A DNA stretch of 64,000 nucleotides from IMG/VR virus record IMGVR_UViG_3300032007_000078, positions 4,118-68,117 of that record; one strand, written 5' to 3'. Below the pieces are notes generated by a model that was given only the letters and a program-made list of their open reading frames with translations, was not told the origin of the DNA and did not search any database. The position numbers and the translations under genes are program-made. The DNA comes from a virus (Duplodnaviria; Caudoviricetes). How positions within the stretch are numbered: position 1 is the first letter of the stretch; every line of letters begins with the position of its first letter. Positions 37,724 through 48,461 of this stretch are shown piece by piece.

Positions 37724-39625
37724 ATGGCAGTAAAAATTGCTGATCAAATAAAATTAAGACAGGAAAATTTTCTCGATGATAGATAGGGCTTAGCTACTTC
37801 AACAGATATTCTATTAAACTGGGATTTCACTAAGATACCTATTCCAGAAGGTTTTCAAGTCTTTTTATTAGGTGACTGGTATATTTATAAAAGCAGTTTT
37901 ACTCCGGATAATGTTACTGGATATTTTAGAAAATATTCAGAAGATCTTGGTATAAAAAATATTGAGGAGATTGAAGAGGATAGCATATATAGTAGATTCG
38001 ACCTATCTAGATGCTATACTGCTAAATTCTCAGATATCCTTGATCCTTTATTCTGGGTTGACTCCTTATAGATAAATCATGCTAGACCTGGTAAAATTGT
38101 AACCATAATTGATGATAACGATAATAATGGTGTCTGGATTCTGTTAGATTTCGACTATACAAATCCTGAAAATTGGCATAGAATTCCTTGTTCCTGGAGA
38201 AATGAAACTATAAACGGAACATGGACCTTTGCTGATGCTACAATCTTTAGTAGAGATCTTATTGCTAAACATATAAGTCTTGGTGATAATAGCTATGTAG
38301 ATGTAGATACCGAAGGAAAAGCTACGGCAAAATTCGATAAAATTATAGCAGAAGCATCAGATATTCAGGACATAGATAGCGTTTTGGAATCTAAGATAGG
38401 TTTGTTTGGTATAGGTAATCTACTTGTTAACACCTCTTTTGAAGGACAACATAATAGTAGAGACTTGACCAATGAAACTAATCTATATTATACTTCTGAA
38501 ATCTATTCCGATAAGAAAGAAGGATGGAGCATGACAACTAGAGATTGGACTATTATAGAAGATCCAAGCTCAGTTACAGGTTATATCTTATACCTTCCTG
38601 ATTCTAACTCGGAGATAGCACAAGAATCATTAACGGTACTAGTAGAAAATAGTAGGTATGTTTTGTCTTGGAAGTAGAGAGGAAAACTTACCGTAATGAT
38701 TGATGATGTAGAAATTGAACCTATCCGATCTAAAGTTTCCGAAGGAGCAGGAGAAGATGACCTAATTCAGTACTACTATAAAATTAAAACTGAAGTAACT
38801 AAGAAAATTTCAGTTAGATTTATAGGTGGACCAGGTTATCTATGTGAAGTTAAGCTAGAGTCTGGATTAGTTCCTACTACCTGGTCTCCTAGTTTTAAAG
38901 ACACTGATCCTGTTGCTGATATTGCTAATAGTTACGAATTCCTAAAAACAGCATTTAAAGAATATTCACTAGATGGAACTGTATCTAGTCTTTTCCTGAA
39001 GAACTAGATAAAAGTTGGTGATATTGCTAATGATCAGGTAGAATCTATTTATGGTGGTCTGTCTGGTATTTTTAGCTCTCCAGAAGATATAATGTTTTGG
39101 TCTGGTTCTACTTATGAAAAAGCACAAGATCTGATAGTCGAGGTAATGAGAAATCCTAATTACCTAGATCGAATTAGCTATACAGAATTACAAAAACTAA
39201 CTAGACTCATTATTACGTTTAACTATAAAACAATAATGACAGATCTTTATGCAGTTGGTAAGTTTAAAGGAGAACATCTAGACTATAGCGGAAATCAAAT
39301 GAGATCTTTCGATTCTATCTCTGGAAATATACCCTGCTTTGATGGTTCAGAATTTATTAGCGTAAAATTCAATTGTGGTATACTTGATGTCGAAAAATAT
39401 GATGATCTCCCAACTAATATAAAATTCTATGAAGAAGATGGTACTAACTACACTGAATTAGAATTTCAAGATGGAAGATTAGTTGATAGATCAGATGTTT
39501 CTTATAAAATCTGGGTTGGTAATGAAATAAATTCAGAGATAACACATCTTTGTCTCAGATTTCATGATGGATACCTAGTAAAAGTAAGTCAGACATTAGA
39601 TAACTCTACATATTATTGGTACTAA
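37724..39625 (+). CDS. tail fibre-associated protein (633 aa, code 15)
   Basis: Fragments 38384, 38696 and 39092 are in frame; ends TAA, followed by a hairpin at about 39628-39669. Confidence 0.65.
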
Positions 39626-39687
39626 TCTAGAAAAGTCATGTAGGGAAATAAAATCTCTACGTGACTTTCTAAATAAAAATAAAACAT

Positions 39688-40065
39688 ATGAAATTAAATA
39701 CTATTGGGGAAGGTTATTGGAGTTCAATAGCTAATTACCTAAACTATAATTTTAATAAGCTCAGTGTTACTACCAATAAATATGGTAAAGTTGGAATTAC
39801 TAATATACACCACAAAGGAGTATTTATTAATGAGTCTGAGCTTAAAACTAAATTCCCAAATCCTGTAAGTGGAGATTTTGCATTTGTTATAGGAGACGAC
39901 CAAACTCCTGAATCGAAAATAGAATTCTGGGTATATGTTGTGAGAAATAACTTTTGGTATAAACTCAATGAAAAATATATGCCACCAGTATCCTAGGAGA
40001 AATATATAGAATCTGAAGAAACTATACCTCTTGGCGGATTCTTAGATGACCTTAACAGAGAATAA
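39688..40065 (+). CDS. small virion protein, paralogue 1 of 3 (1 TAG)
   Basis: W...N.NF and KGVF...L...FPNP..G.FA motifs shared with the next two genes. Confidence 0.7.
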
Positions 40066-40067
40066 AA

Positions 40068-40844
40068 ATGAGAGAAAATCTAAAAAATATTTCTAGAATC
40101 GGCGAATGGACTAACTCTGTTGATGATATTAATCGTAATTTTACTATACTTAATGATATAATCAATGAGTTCGATTTTAGATCCGAACGCTGTAAAGGTT
40201 TATTTCCAAGTGTCTCTCGACTCTATGAACTATTCCCTAATCCTGGTGAAGGAACATGGGCATTAATTGGAGAGGAATTTCCAGGAGTCATCTATATTTT
40301 CGATGATACTAACGGAGAATGGATTTCTACTGGCTATACCGCTGGAGATGAAACCCTTGATATAAAAGAATTATATACAAACTCCGTTATTCTTGATTAT
40401 CCTATCGAATATCTATTTAGACCTAGAGCTACATGGATTTATACAGATAATCATGGAGGAGACTGGAGAACATATAACAATGGAATTAAACTTATTGACC
40501 CAGATGATGTAACTTATACTGTCCGTCTTAAAAGTTTACTCGTAGGTGATGATGTAGAATTGCTTGAACAAACAATTACTGATCCTTATCTCTGGGAATT
40601 TAATATAGGACAGACAGAACATTTTATATCCGCAACAATAAAAAGTAATGATAATATAACTAAACATTTCACAACACCTTATCTTAGCTGGAATATAGAT
40701 AGCACTTATTATAAAAGAATTATTAATAATAAGCCATATAGACGAGTACCAGTTGAGGGAGATCTTTTCAATATTAATATGCATTTCGCTGATAATGAGG
40801 GAAAAGAGAAAATATTATCAAGTACTTTTTGTTTTATTTTATAA
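40068..40844 (+). CDS. virion protein, paralogue 2 of 3
   Basis: KGLFPSVSRLYELFPNPGEGTWALIG. Confidence 0.75.
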   Translation: MRENLKNISRIGEWTNSVDDINRNFTILNDIINEFDFRSERCKGLFPSVSRLYELFPNPGEGTWALIGEEFPGVIYIFDDTNGEWISTGYTAGDETLDIKELYTNSVILDYPIEYLFRPRATWIYTDNHGGDWRTYNNGIKLIDPDDVTYTVRLKSLLVGDDVELLEQTITDPYLWEFNIGQTEHFISATIKSNDNITKHFTTPYLSWNIDSTYYKRIINNKPYRRVPVEGDLFNINMHFADNEGKEKILSSTFCFIL

Positions 40845-40846
40845 TT

Positions 40847-41185
40847 ATGGACTTAAAAGCTATTTAGAAAGTAACGACATGGGGTAAAGCTGCTAGTGAC
40901 ATTAATAGCAATTTTAATGCTATAAATGAAGCTATTGAGTCTGGTAATAAAGAATTGTCACTAGCTCTAGGTTTCTTCTTAAGCCTAGAAAACCTCAGAA
41001 CATTTTGCCCTAATCCAGAAATCGGAAACTGGGCTTATGTTGGAACAAGTTTTCCTGCCAATTACTATACTTGGGATGGAACCTCTTGGATTATAAGCGA
41101 AGAGAAGAAACATCCAGAAACTATAAGCTTAATAGACTATATAGAGTCTGAAGAAGTTTCTGATCCAAGCATTATTTTAAATTAA
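40847..41185 (+). CDS. small virion protein, paralogue 3 of 3 (1 TAG)
   Basis: True start is ATG 40847 if TAG at codon 7 is read through; GFFLSLENLRTFCPNPEIGNWAYVG. Confidence 0.7.
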
Positions 41186-41202
41186 TCTTAATAATTAAAA
41201 AG

Positions 41203-41373
41203 ATGGCAGCAAAACTATTTACATTAAAACGAGCAGGAATACCAGTATTTCCTGTGACTACAACTGACGCCATTGTTGATCCTAGAAGTTTAAAGACACT
41301 GACAACTATCCTAGAAGAAACTTTGGAAAGACTTAGAGCTCTTGAAGATCAACCTGGAATACTTTGGGGTTAA
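41203..41373 (+). CDS. 56-aa protein resembling the N-terminus of fibre 44767
   Basis: LFTLKRAGIPVFPVTTTDAIVDP versus IHKLTKNGSTIFPASTTDAIVHP. Confidence 0.6.
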   Translation: MAAKLFTLKRAGIPVFPVTTTDAIVDPRSLKTLTTILEETLERLRALEDQPGILWG

Positions 41374-41374
41374 A

Positions 41375-41809
41375 ATGCTTAGAAGTAAAAAAATTTCAGA
41401 AGCCTCACCTCTTGAGAAAATAGAGGTATCCCCATCAGTACTAGTCCCGGCTTATGATGGAACCGATAATCCAAGAAGTTTATCAGTCTCCGTTTTTCAA
41501 GAAACAGTCTTAGAAGAAGTTATTAAATCTGATCTTCTTGTTAAAGTAAGTGACCTACAAGAAAATTACTATAACAAACAAGAAGTTGATGACCTAATAG
41601 CTCCACTACAACCAGAAAAAGTAAATGAACTTATTTAGATTGTAGATAGACTAGATGGTGATGTGGATAGAGAAGGATCTGTTAAATTTCAGATCAATGA
41701 GGCAAAACAAGACTTGATAGGTACATCAGGAGACCAGTCAAGTCAAGACACGATTAATGCAGCTAAAAATTTAGTTGCAGATTCATTACAATTTATAATT
41801 TATAATTAA
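41375..41809 (+). CDS. tail fibre-associated protein (144 aa, 1 TAG)
   Basis: The post-TAG segment EGSVKFQINEAKQDLIG...DTINAAKNLV matches the C-terminus of 36222-37709. Confidence 0.7.
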
Positions 41810-41814
41810 ATCTT

Positions 41815-43263
41815 ATGGCTGATTTAAGAATTTTTGTTGAATGTTCAACTAAGGCAGTTTTTGACGCACAGCTCGATGCTGGTAACATTACTAACAGACA
41901 CCTCGTTCTTATTAAGAGCACAAACCAGATTTATCATAATGGTGTTTACTATGGCTTGAGCGCAGCTGATGCTGAGAAGCTTTCTGCCGTTTATAACCGT
42001 AAGGAGTTTGGTTATGTATCTGACGGTACAAATACATACCGTTCTAGCGCTGCCGAAGGTACTCTGACTATTACCGAGAGCTCAGAGACAGGTGAAGTAC
42101 TTGATGTTACCGTTGGTGCTAGCGGTGTTACCATTAAGTTGGTTGCTACTACAGGTACTACCAATGGTACTATCTCTCTGAACGGTACTGAGGTTGCTGT
42201 TGCTGGTCTTGGTAGTGCAGCTTTCACTGAGACAAGTGCTTATGCTACTGCTGCTCAGGGTACCAAGGCTGACAATGCCGTTCCTAATACAAGAACCGTT
42301 AATGGTCATGAACTTAGCGCAGACGTAACTGTTACAAAGGGTGACGTTGGTTTGGGTAATGTTGACAATGAGAGCAAGGCTACAATGTTCACAAGCCCTG
42401 AGTTCACTGGCACACCTATTGCTCCTACCGCAGCTCTTGGTACTAACACAACTCAAATCGCTACCACAGCTTTCGTAAAGGCTGAGATCAACGACGTTCT
42501 GGCTGCTGCCGACGCTCTCGTATTTAAGGGAACTGTTAACACAACTGATGGTCTGCCCGCTAACCACACTCTTGGTTGGACTTACATCGTAGCTGAGGCT
42601 GGTACATATGCTGGTCAAGTTTGCGAAGTTGGTGACATGATCGTTTGTAAGGCTACTGGTACAGTTGCTTCTAATTCTGACTGGACTGTAGTTCAGACAA
42701 ATATCAATGGTGCCGTTACTGGTCCTGCTAGTGCTGTAGATGGCAACGTTGCTATCTTCAATGGTACAACAGGTAAGATCATCGCTGACTCTGGTTTGAC
42801 ACTTGGTAAGAGCGTTCCTTCTACTGGTGTATTCGATGACCACAAGTATACCTTTGCTTCTGGTACAGATGGTAGCTTTACTGTAACTGAAGACGTTGAT
42901 GGTGAGAATTCTTCAACTGGTTCTCCTCAGACTATTTCTATCGGTAAGCCCTCTACCGCTGGCACAGCTGATCAGGTTGGTCACGATCTGTCTATTACCC
43001 TTGGTGCTGCTGGTACAGCTCAGACCTTCGACGGTTCTGCTGACCTGAGCGTTACTGTAACTCCTTCTGCTATTGGTGCAGCCGAGGCTGTTCACACCCA
43101 CTCTGCAGACGAGGTTACTGCTATGGGTACAGTTTCTAATCCTTATAGCAAGCCCAGTTCTGTAGCTGCTGCTATTTCTAATAGCGATAGCCTGCAGACT
43201 GCAATTGGTAAGCTCGAGGCTATGTTTGACTGGGTAGTTTATAACGCTGAACCAGAGCCCTAA
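41815..43263 (+). CDS. tail fibre protein
   Basis: SPEFTGTPIAPTAALGTNTTQIATTAFV fibre repeat, VTKGDVGLGNVDN motif, Ala/Thr/Gly-rich; no TAG. Confidence 0.85.
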   Translation: MADLRIFVECSTKAVFDAQLDAGNITNRHLVLIKSTNQIYHNGVYYGLSAADAEKLSAVYNRKEFGYVSDGTNTYRSSAAEGTLTITESSETGEVLDVTVGASGVTIKLVATTGTTNGTISLNGTEVAVAGLGSAAFTETSAYATAAQGTKADNAVPNTRTVNGHELSADVTVTKGDVGLGNVDNESKATMFTSPEFTGTPIAPTAALGTNTTQIATTAFVKAEINDVLAAADALVFKGTVNTTDGLPANHTLGWTYIVAEAGTYAGQVCEVGDMIVCKATGTVASNSDWTVVQTNINGAVTGPASAVDGNVAIFNGTTGKIIADSGLTLGKSVPSTGVFDDHKYTFASGTDGSFTVTEDVDGENSSTGSPQTISIGKPSTAGTADQVGHDLSITLGAAGTAQTFDGSADLSVTVTPSAIGAAEAVHTHSADEVTAMGTVSNPYSKPSSVAAAISNSDSLQTAIGKLEAMFDWVVYNAEPEP

Positions 43264-43285
43264 ACATTAATTAATTATCTAGAAA

Positions 43286-44674
43286 ATGAAACGATATAGA
43301 TGGTTTATACATAATAGTACTTTTGAAACTGCTCGGCAAAATGGAGAAGTTGGCATTGATGATATTTGTTTCATTCTAGATAAATTAAGAATTTATACAA
43401 GATCTAATAGTTTTACATTTTCAAATCGACCTATATACCAGGGGGAAAATTCCAGTGAAGTAGCTGGTACCTGGACTGCCTCAATTGATGGTATCACAGA
43501 AATCTCAGAAGGATTATCTATTAAAGTAAAAGTAGGACAACTCGCAGCTACTACTTCTTACAATACCCTCAATGTAAACAGTCTAGGTAATCTCCCTGTC
43601 TGGTATAGATATGGAGTACCTCTTACTAAAAGTGATACCCCGGTTCAAGATAATGCAGAACTATTACTGACCTATAGAGCAAATGCTAGTTCCTCCTCTA
43701 TTACGGTAGGCGGAACTAGCTACTCTAGAGGCTGGGTCGTTTCTGGTGCTAATCCTAAATATGGTGAAGGATTAAAAAATACAACAGGAACTATCGAACT
43801 TGATTATGGTAACGTAGACTCGGCGAATACTACTAAACCAGTCACAGGTAAATCTGTTAGAGATGCAATTCCCAGTACAATACTTACTAACGCATCTGTT
43901 TCAGGCACTACCCTGACAATAACACCATCTAGTGGTTCGAATATTATATATTCACACCCGACAAATACAGCAACTACAATTACTACTACAGATGGACATG
44001 CACTTGGTAGTATAACTGTAGATGGACTGGGACACGTTACCTCAGTGGTTGATAAAACATTAGCCGCTACAGATATTCCTAATTTATCTTGGAGTAAAAT
44101 TACATCTGGAACGCCGACTACTATTTCTGGATATGGAATTACAGACGCTAAAATAGAAAGTGGCGCTATAACTATCGGTGCATCTACAATAGGCAATGAA
44201 ACAGCTATTTCCGGAGGCACAACTACTTCTTTAGTAACTACCGGAGAAAAATATACTTGGAATAATAAACAAGGTACTGTCTCAATACTCGGAAGTACTA
44301 CTAAACCAGTATATACCTCAGCTGCCGGAACTTTTTCTGAATGCTCTGATTATGCAGGAGGTACAGCTATTACATTGAATGGAACCTCTAAAGCAGCAGA
44401 TACCGCTTCTTTGTATGCACCTGTTACTTCAGGTACGGCAGGACAAGTTCTTAAATCTTCAGGAACAGGTACTGCACCTTACTGGGATAGCAGCAGCGTT
44501 GTAGCTACTTATACTCATGTTTATACCGCAGTTACTGATACTACTGGTAAAAATCCTGCTTCTGAAGGGTGGTATGAACTTGTAGATGGATCTTATGTAC
44601 TAACAGAAGATACAACTCCAGCATCCGGAAAAACTTATTACATACAAGAATCTTATTACGAGATGACTTTCTAA
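43286..44674 (+). CDS. tail fibre protein
   Basis: WSKITSGTPTTISGYGITDA fibre repeat; Thr/Ser/Gly-rich; no TAG. Confidence 0.8.
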   Translation: MKRYRWFIHNSTFETARQNGEVGIDDICFILDKLRIYTRSNSFTFSNRPIYQGENSSEVAGTWTASIDGITEISEGLSIKVKVGQLAATTSYNTLNVNSLGNLPVWYRYGVPLTKSDTPVQDNAELLLTYRANASSSSITVGGTSYSRGWVVSGANPKYGEGLKNTTGTIELDYGNVDSANTTKPVTGKSVRDAIPSTILTNASVSGTTLTITPSSGSNIIYSHPTNTATTITTTDGHALGSITVDGLGHVTSVVDKTLAATDIPNLSWSKITSGTPTTISGYGITDAKIESGAITIGASTIGNETAISGGTTTSLVTTGEKYTWNNKQGTVSILGSTTKPVYTSAAGTFSECSDYAGGTAITLNGTSKAADTASLYAPVTSGTAGQVLKSSGTGTAPYWDSSSVVATYTHVYTAVTDTTGKNPASEGWYELVDGSYVLTEDTTPASGKTYYIQESYYEMTF

Positions 44675-44766
44675 GTGTAGAGTCCTAAATAAAAATATTG
44701 GAAATACCCGGGGCTCTTCAGATAAGAATATAAACTCTGGGTATCTCCAAATTTATACATTATACT

Positions 44767-46170
44767 ATGTCAGCAATACATAAACTTACTAAGAACGGAA
44801 GCACTATATTTCCCGCCTCAACTACAGATGCTATCGTACATCCTTCTGTAGCAGCTTCCGTTACTGACATGATTAAAGAATATAATGTATCTGAATTATT
44901 TCCTACAGAAGGAATTGATGATGGAACAGTATATACTCTTGATCTAGCTATCTCTGTACTTGGTGCTCATCTCAGAGATTCGGAAAAATGTGGCGGTATA
45001 AAATTAATCTTCCTTGAAAGAACTAAAGATAAGTTTAATACCTATATCTTGGTTAGTTCACAATGGTCAGATGATCCTAATGACTGGAATCAAGTACCTT
45101 CTAGCGTAGTACAAGGTCTTGGAACATCTACCGTTGAAGTAATGTCACAAAACGCAGTTAATGACGCTCTGATCGAATTTAGAGAAGAACTTAATAGAAG
45201 AATTGATGAAATTGAACCAACTATTGTAGAAGGTGACGTTACTAATGCAGCCGATGAGGAAGATCTTACAGATAAAGATTCGGTTCTAAAGTTTAAAGAT
45301 AAAGATTATAATCCCTTAGTATATTCAGGACTTGGACGTGTTTATATTAGGAAAAATATAGTAGATGGAGTAAATCTTCTTACCCAGTCTATGTTCCTCA
45401 AAGAAAATACAGTATACTATATTCAATATGATTATACTGTTGTCGATGTTGGTATACAAATTCCAAGCGGCTGTATACTTAACTTCATAGGTGGTAAACT
45501 ACAAGGCGGACCATTAGTAAGTAATAGCACCATAATAATTGATAGCTATAATACTAAACCTATTGAGAATATCGACATTTACGGATATTTTAAATATTAT
45601 AGTATCTTCGACTGCTATACTAAAGAAGAAATATCCGAATTCATATATAATAAAGAGGAAATCGACCAACTTATAGGATATGTTGTCTCTCTTGATTCTA
45701 AACCTACCAGAGATACACTTACGTTTGTTAATGATAAAGGAGAAACTATCAACTTTAAATTGGGAGATAGAGTGAGAGTTAAAGATACTATCGTAGGACT
45801 CGAAGATACTAATTACTATGTATACTACGAACTCTACGATATCGATAATAATGAAGCCTATTGGAGAATTTACTCACCTGTAGATCTAACTGAAAACGCA
45901 TTCATACACGATACAGGATATGGAAGCTCTGGCACTAAAAAGTATATTACTAGCTACGACAAAACCAATATCTTCCCGTATACTAAAGATGATGCTGTTC
46001 TAGATCAAGATGGGGTAAGTCTTCAAACCAGATATAGAAAACTGGTAAGCACCGATGAAACCTCTTTTAGCGATGCACAAAAATCACAAGCTAGAACTAA
46101 CATCGATGCAGCTAAAAATCCAGAATTCACACAGGTAGAAGGCAAAAGTTATTATGAAGCTAATTTTTAA
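44767..46170 (+). CDS. tail fibre/spike-associated protein
   Basis: VVQGLGTSTVEVMSQNAV and QKSQARTNID motifs that I recall from Bacteroidota phage fibres; no TAG. Confidence 0.7.
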   Translation: MSAIHKLTKNGSTIFPASTTDAIVHPSVAASVTDMIKEYNVSELFPTEGIDDGTVYTLDLAISVLGAHLRDSEKCGGIKLIFLERTKDKFNTYILVSSQWSDDPNDWNQVPSSVVQGLGTSTVEVMSQNAVNDALIEFREELNRRIDEIEPTIVEGDVTNAADEEDLTDKDSVLKFKDKDYNPLVYSGLGRVYIRKNIVDGVNLLTQSMFLKENTVYYIQYDYTVVDVGIQIPSGCILNFIGGKLQGGPLVSNSTIIIDSYNTKPIENIDIYGYFKYYSIFDCYTKEEISEFIYNKEEIDQLIGYVVSLDSKPTRDTLTFVNDKGETINFKLGDRVRVKDTIVGLEDTNYYVYYELYDIDNNEAYWRIYSPVDLTENAFIHDTGYGSSGTKKYITSYDKTNIFPYTKDDAVLDQDGVSLQTRYRKLVSTDETSFSDAQKSQARTNIDAAKNPEFTQVEGKSYYEANF

Positions 46171-46221
46171 AAATATAGTATAGGTAGGATAAAATCTTAC
46201 CTATACTTAAGTAAATAAATT

Positions 46222-46878
46222 ATGGCTTATAACGAAGAACTTATTAAAAAACTGGGGGAAGAAGAAAGAATTGAGAAAAATCCAATATGTATACTAATAG
46301 CTCTACATAAAAAAACTAAACCCTCAGAAAAAATTGCTGTCGAGGTAAGTAAGTTCGGGAAATATAAAAGAAGCTATGCAGTCGATGGTGTAGCTCTTTA
46401 TGATGAACAACTAGGTATTAAACTCCTAATTGCACTGAATGAAGAAAATAAAACCTTCGGAATAGGACCCAACGATATACCAGAAACAGCACCTTCCAGA
46501 CAAAATTATAAAAATCCTACCATGAAAAATCTTGATGGACAATGGAGAACTAATTGGCTTCTGGAACACGAAACACAAATAAATGATGGAGCTGTTATGT
46601 ATTGTAAAACCTACGGAGATAATTATTGGCTTCCTAGCGGCGGAGAAATGTCATATATCCAAAGCTGTAAAAACGAAATAAATGAAGCCCTTAAAAAAGT
46701 AGGAGGAACAATAATAGAAGATGAATACTATTGGACTTCATCTAAATTTAATAACAATTATGCTTGGTCTCTTAATATTGGTACAGGAGAATTCGCTTTC
46801 TGGAAAAGTAAAAAAACTATGATGAAAGTAAGACCTGTAACTACACTCGAAGACTATAAAATCATAAAGGAGGATTAA
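46222..46878 (+). CDS. DUF1566-like C-type-lectin-fold protein
   Basis: WLPSGGEM...YYWTSS...AWSLNI...KVRPV pattern. Confidence 0.7.
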   Translation: MAYNEELIKKLGEEERIEKNPICILIALHKKTKPSEKIAVEVSKFGKYKRSYAVDGVALYDEQLGIKLLIALNEENKTFGIGPNDIPETAPSRQNYKNPTMKNLDGQWRTNWLLEHETQINDGAVMYCKTYGDNYWLPSGGEMSYIQSCKNEINEALKKVGGTIIEDEYYWTSSKFNNNYAWSLNIGTGEFAFWKSKKTMMKVRPVTTLEDYKIIKED

Positions 46879-46881
46879 TTT

Positions 46882-48345
46882 ATGGCAGAACTCGCGAAAA
46901 TTAATGGCTATGATATAAGAGATAAAAAACTAGCCGACGAAGGAACCGTAACGGATGCTGGTTCCACTGACTACGTGCTCCTGGAAGATACTAATGGAAA
47001 TTATCAGAAAATCTCTAAAAGTAACTTCACAGAAGCTATCCGTAATACATTAGGTGAAATCCTGATGACTAATGATAAAGGAACTTCTATTACTAGCGTT
47101 CCTGTGATCTCCGGAGACGGTACTTCACTCGATCCATATGACCTCGGAAGTGCTACAACTGAAAATTTGGCATCAGTTCTGGGCGGAAGTATGTCTGCTG
47201 GAGAGCTTGTAAATATAAGTCTAGTTACAAATCAAAGCTCCTCTTCCTATGATTCTGATTTAATTGGTGCTACTATTACTATTACAGACAACACAGAATC
47301 TACAATTTTACTTAATACAACTTGGGATGGAACAGATATAAGCTTTGAGATACCTGTTCCTGTAAACTATACTATTTCTGTTGGGTCTATTACCGGATAT
47401 AAGACACCTAGTTCTATTACTTATGATTCTAGAACAGGTCGTAATAGAAATTTAGAATTTCAATATTAGACTGAAGTAGTAACTGTTAATTGTTCAGCTA
47501 GCAATGGTTCTTCTGTAGCAGGACAAAAGGTAACAGTTTATGGTACTCAATATACATTAGATGCTACTGGAATAATTACTACAAACATCGCATACAGTAC
47601 TTCTTATTCTGTTATTGCTGGTTCATGGGATGGGTATGATTCTCCTGCTAATTAGACATTTACTGCAGGTCAAACTACAAGATCAGTAAATGTAGTCTGG
47701 AAATATAATCCGATAGCTGTTGATATGGGTCTACCATCTGGAGTAAAATGGGCAAAAATGAATATTGATGTTACTAGACCTAATAAATTTGCAGCGTCAG
47801 AATATCAATATGAATGCAGTTTTTTTAGTTGGGGTAATGTTTAGGGGCATAATCCAACGTCAGAGTCTGCTTTTAGTTATGATTGGGGAACTAGTAATGA
47901 TGGCGCACCTTATGTTTCTACTACAGGACATTCATTAACTGGAGATATTCCAGTAAGTGCAACTTATGATGCAGCTAGAGCAAATTGTGGCGCACCTTGG
48001 CGTATGCCTACTGCTACAGAATTCCAAGAATTAATAGATAATTGTGATTTTATTAATCCAGATGGATCTGTAATTCCTACATCTACAGCTAATAAACTTG
48101 TTACTGTTAATGGTATTGTAGGTATCTATTTAAAATCTAAAAATAATAGTAATAGGTTATTCTTTGCTTGCTCTGGTAGCGGTTACCAGACTTCTTGGAG
48201 CAATCGTACTACCTACGGTAACTACTGGTCTTCCACTCTCTATTCTGCTACTTTTGGTGAGTTCTTGTACTTCTACTCAGGTGGTGTTTATCCTTAGCAC
48301 TACAACGTTCGGTTCCTCGGCTTTACGGTTAGGCCAGTTCAGTAA
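46882..48345 (+). CDS. DGR target: tail fibre tip adhesin with C-terminal CLec (Fibrobacter major paralogous domain-like) fold, 487 aa, 4 TAG
   Basis: AVDMGLPSGVKWA, FFSWG, YDAARANCGAPWRMPTATEFQEL, GNYWSST, VRPVQ; VR at the 3' end. Confidence 0.92.
48159..48342 (+). repeat. DGR variable repeat (VR)
   Basis: Matches TR 49163-49346; encodes FFACSGSGYQTSWSNRTTYGNYWSSTLYSATFGEFLYFYSGGVYPQ(TAG)HYNVRFLGFTVRPVQ. Confidence 0.97.
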
Positions 48346-48377
48346 CTTCCTCTACCAACCTATTAACCACCAAACCA

Positions 48378-48429
48378 AATTTGTGCCACAAACCCGCTCT
48401 CTCAAAGAGCGTGGTACAAGGCACAAATT
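48378..48429. promoter_or_regulatory. hairpin/cruciform downstream of VR (DGR target-recognition element)
   Basis: AATTTGTGCC/GGCACAAATT outer stem with inner CGCTCT-CTCAA-AGAGCG; position matches known DGR homing hairpins. Confidence 0.7.
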
Positions 48430-48461
48430 CTATAAAATTAAATAATAATATATAATAGTAT

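Noticed and set aside
42012-44220. Minus-strand ORFs 42012-42227, 42082-42843, 42913-43101 and 43804-44220
   Set aside because: Shadow ORFs antisense to well-supported fibre genes; the same applies to the other short antisense track ORFs under long genes.
39669-44695. CTAAATA as a T4-like late promoter (about 39670, 44686 and 8063)
   Set aside because: Too short and too likely by chance in AT-rich intergenic DNA to support.
46700-46878. Second DGR variable repeat in the DUF1566-like gene
   Set aside because: Protein motif is similar but there is no nucleotide-level match to TR.
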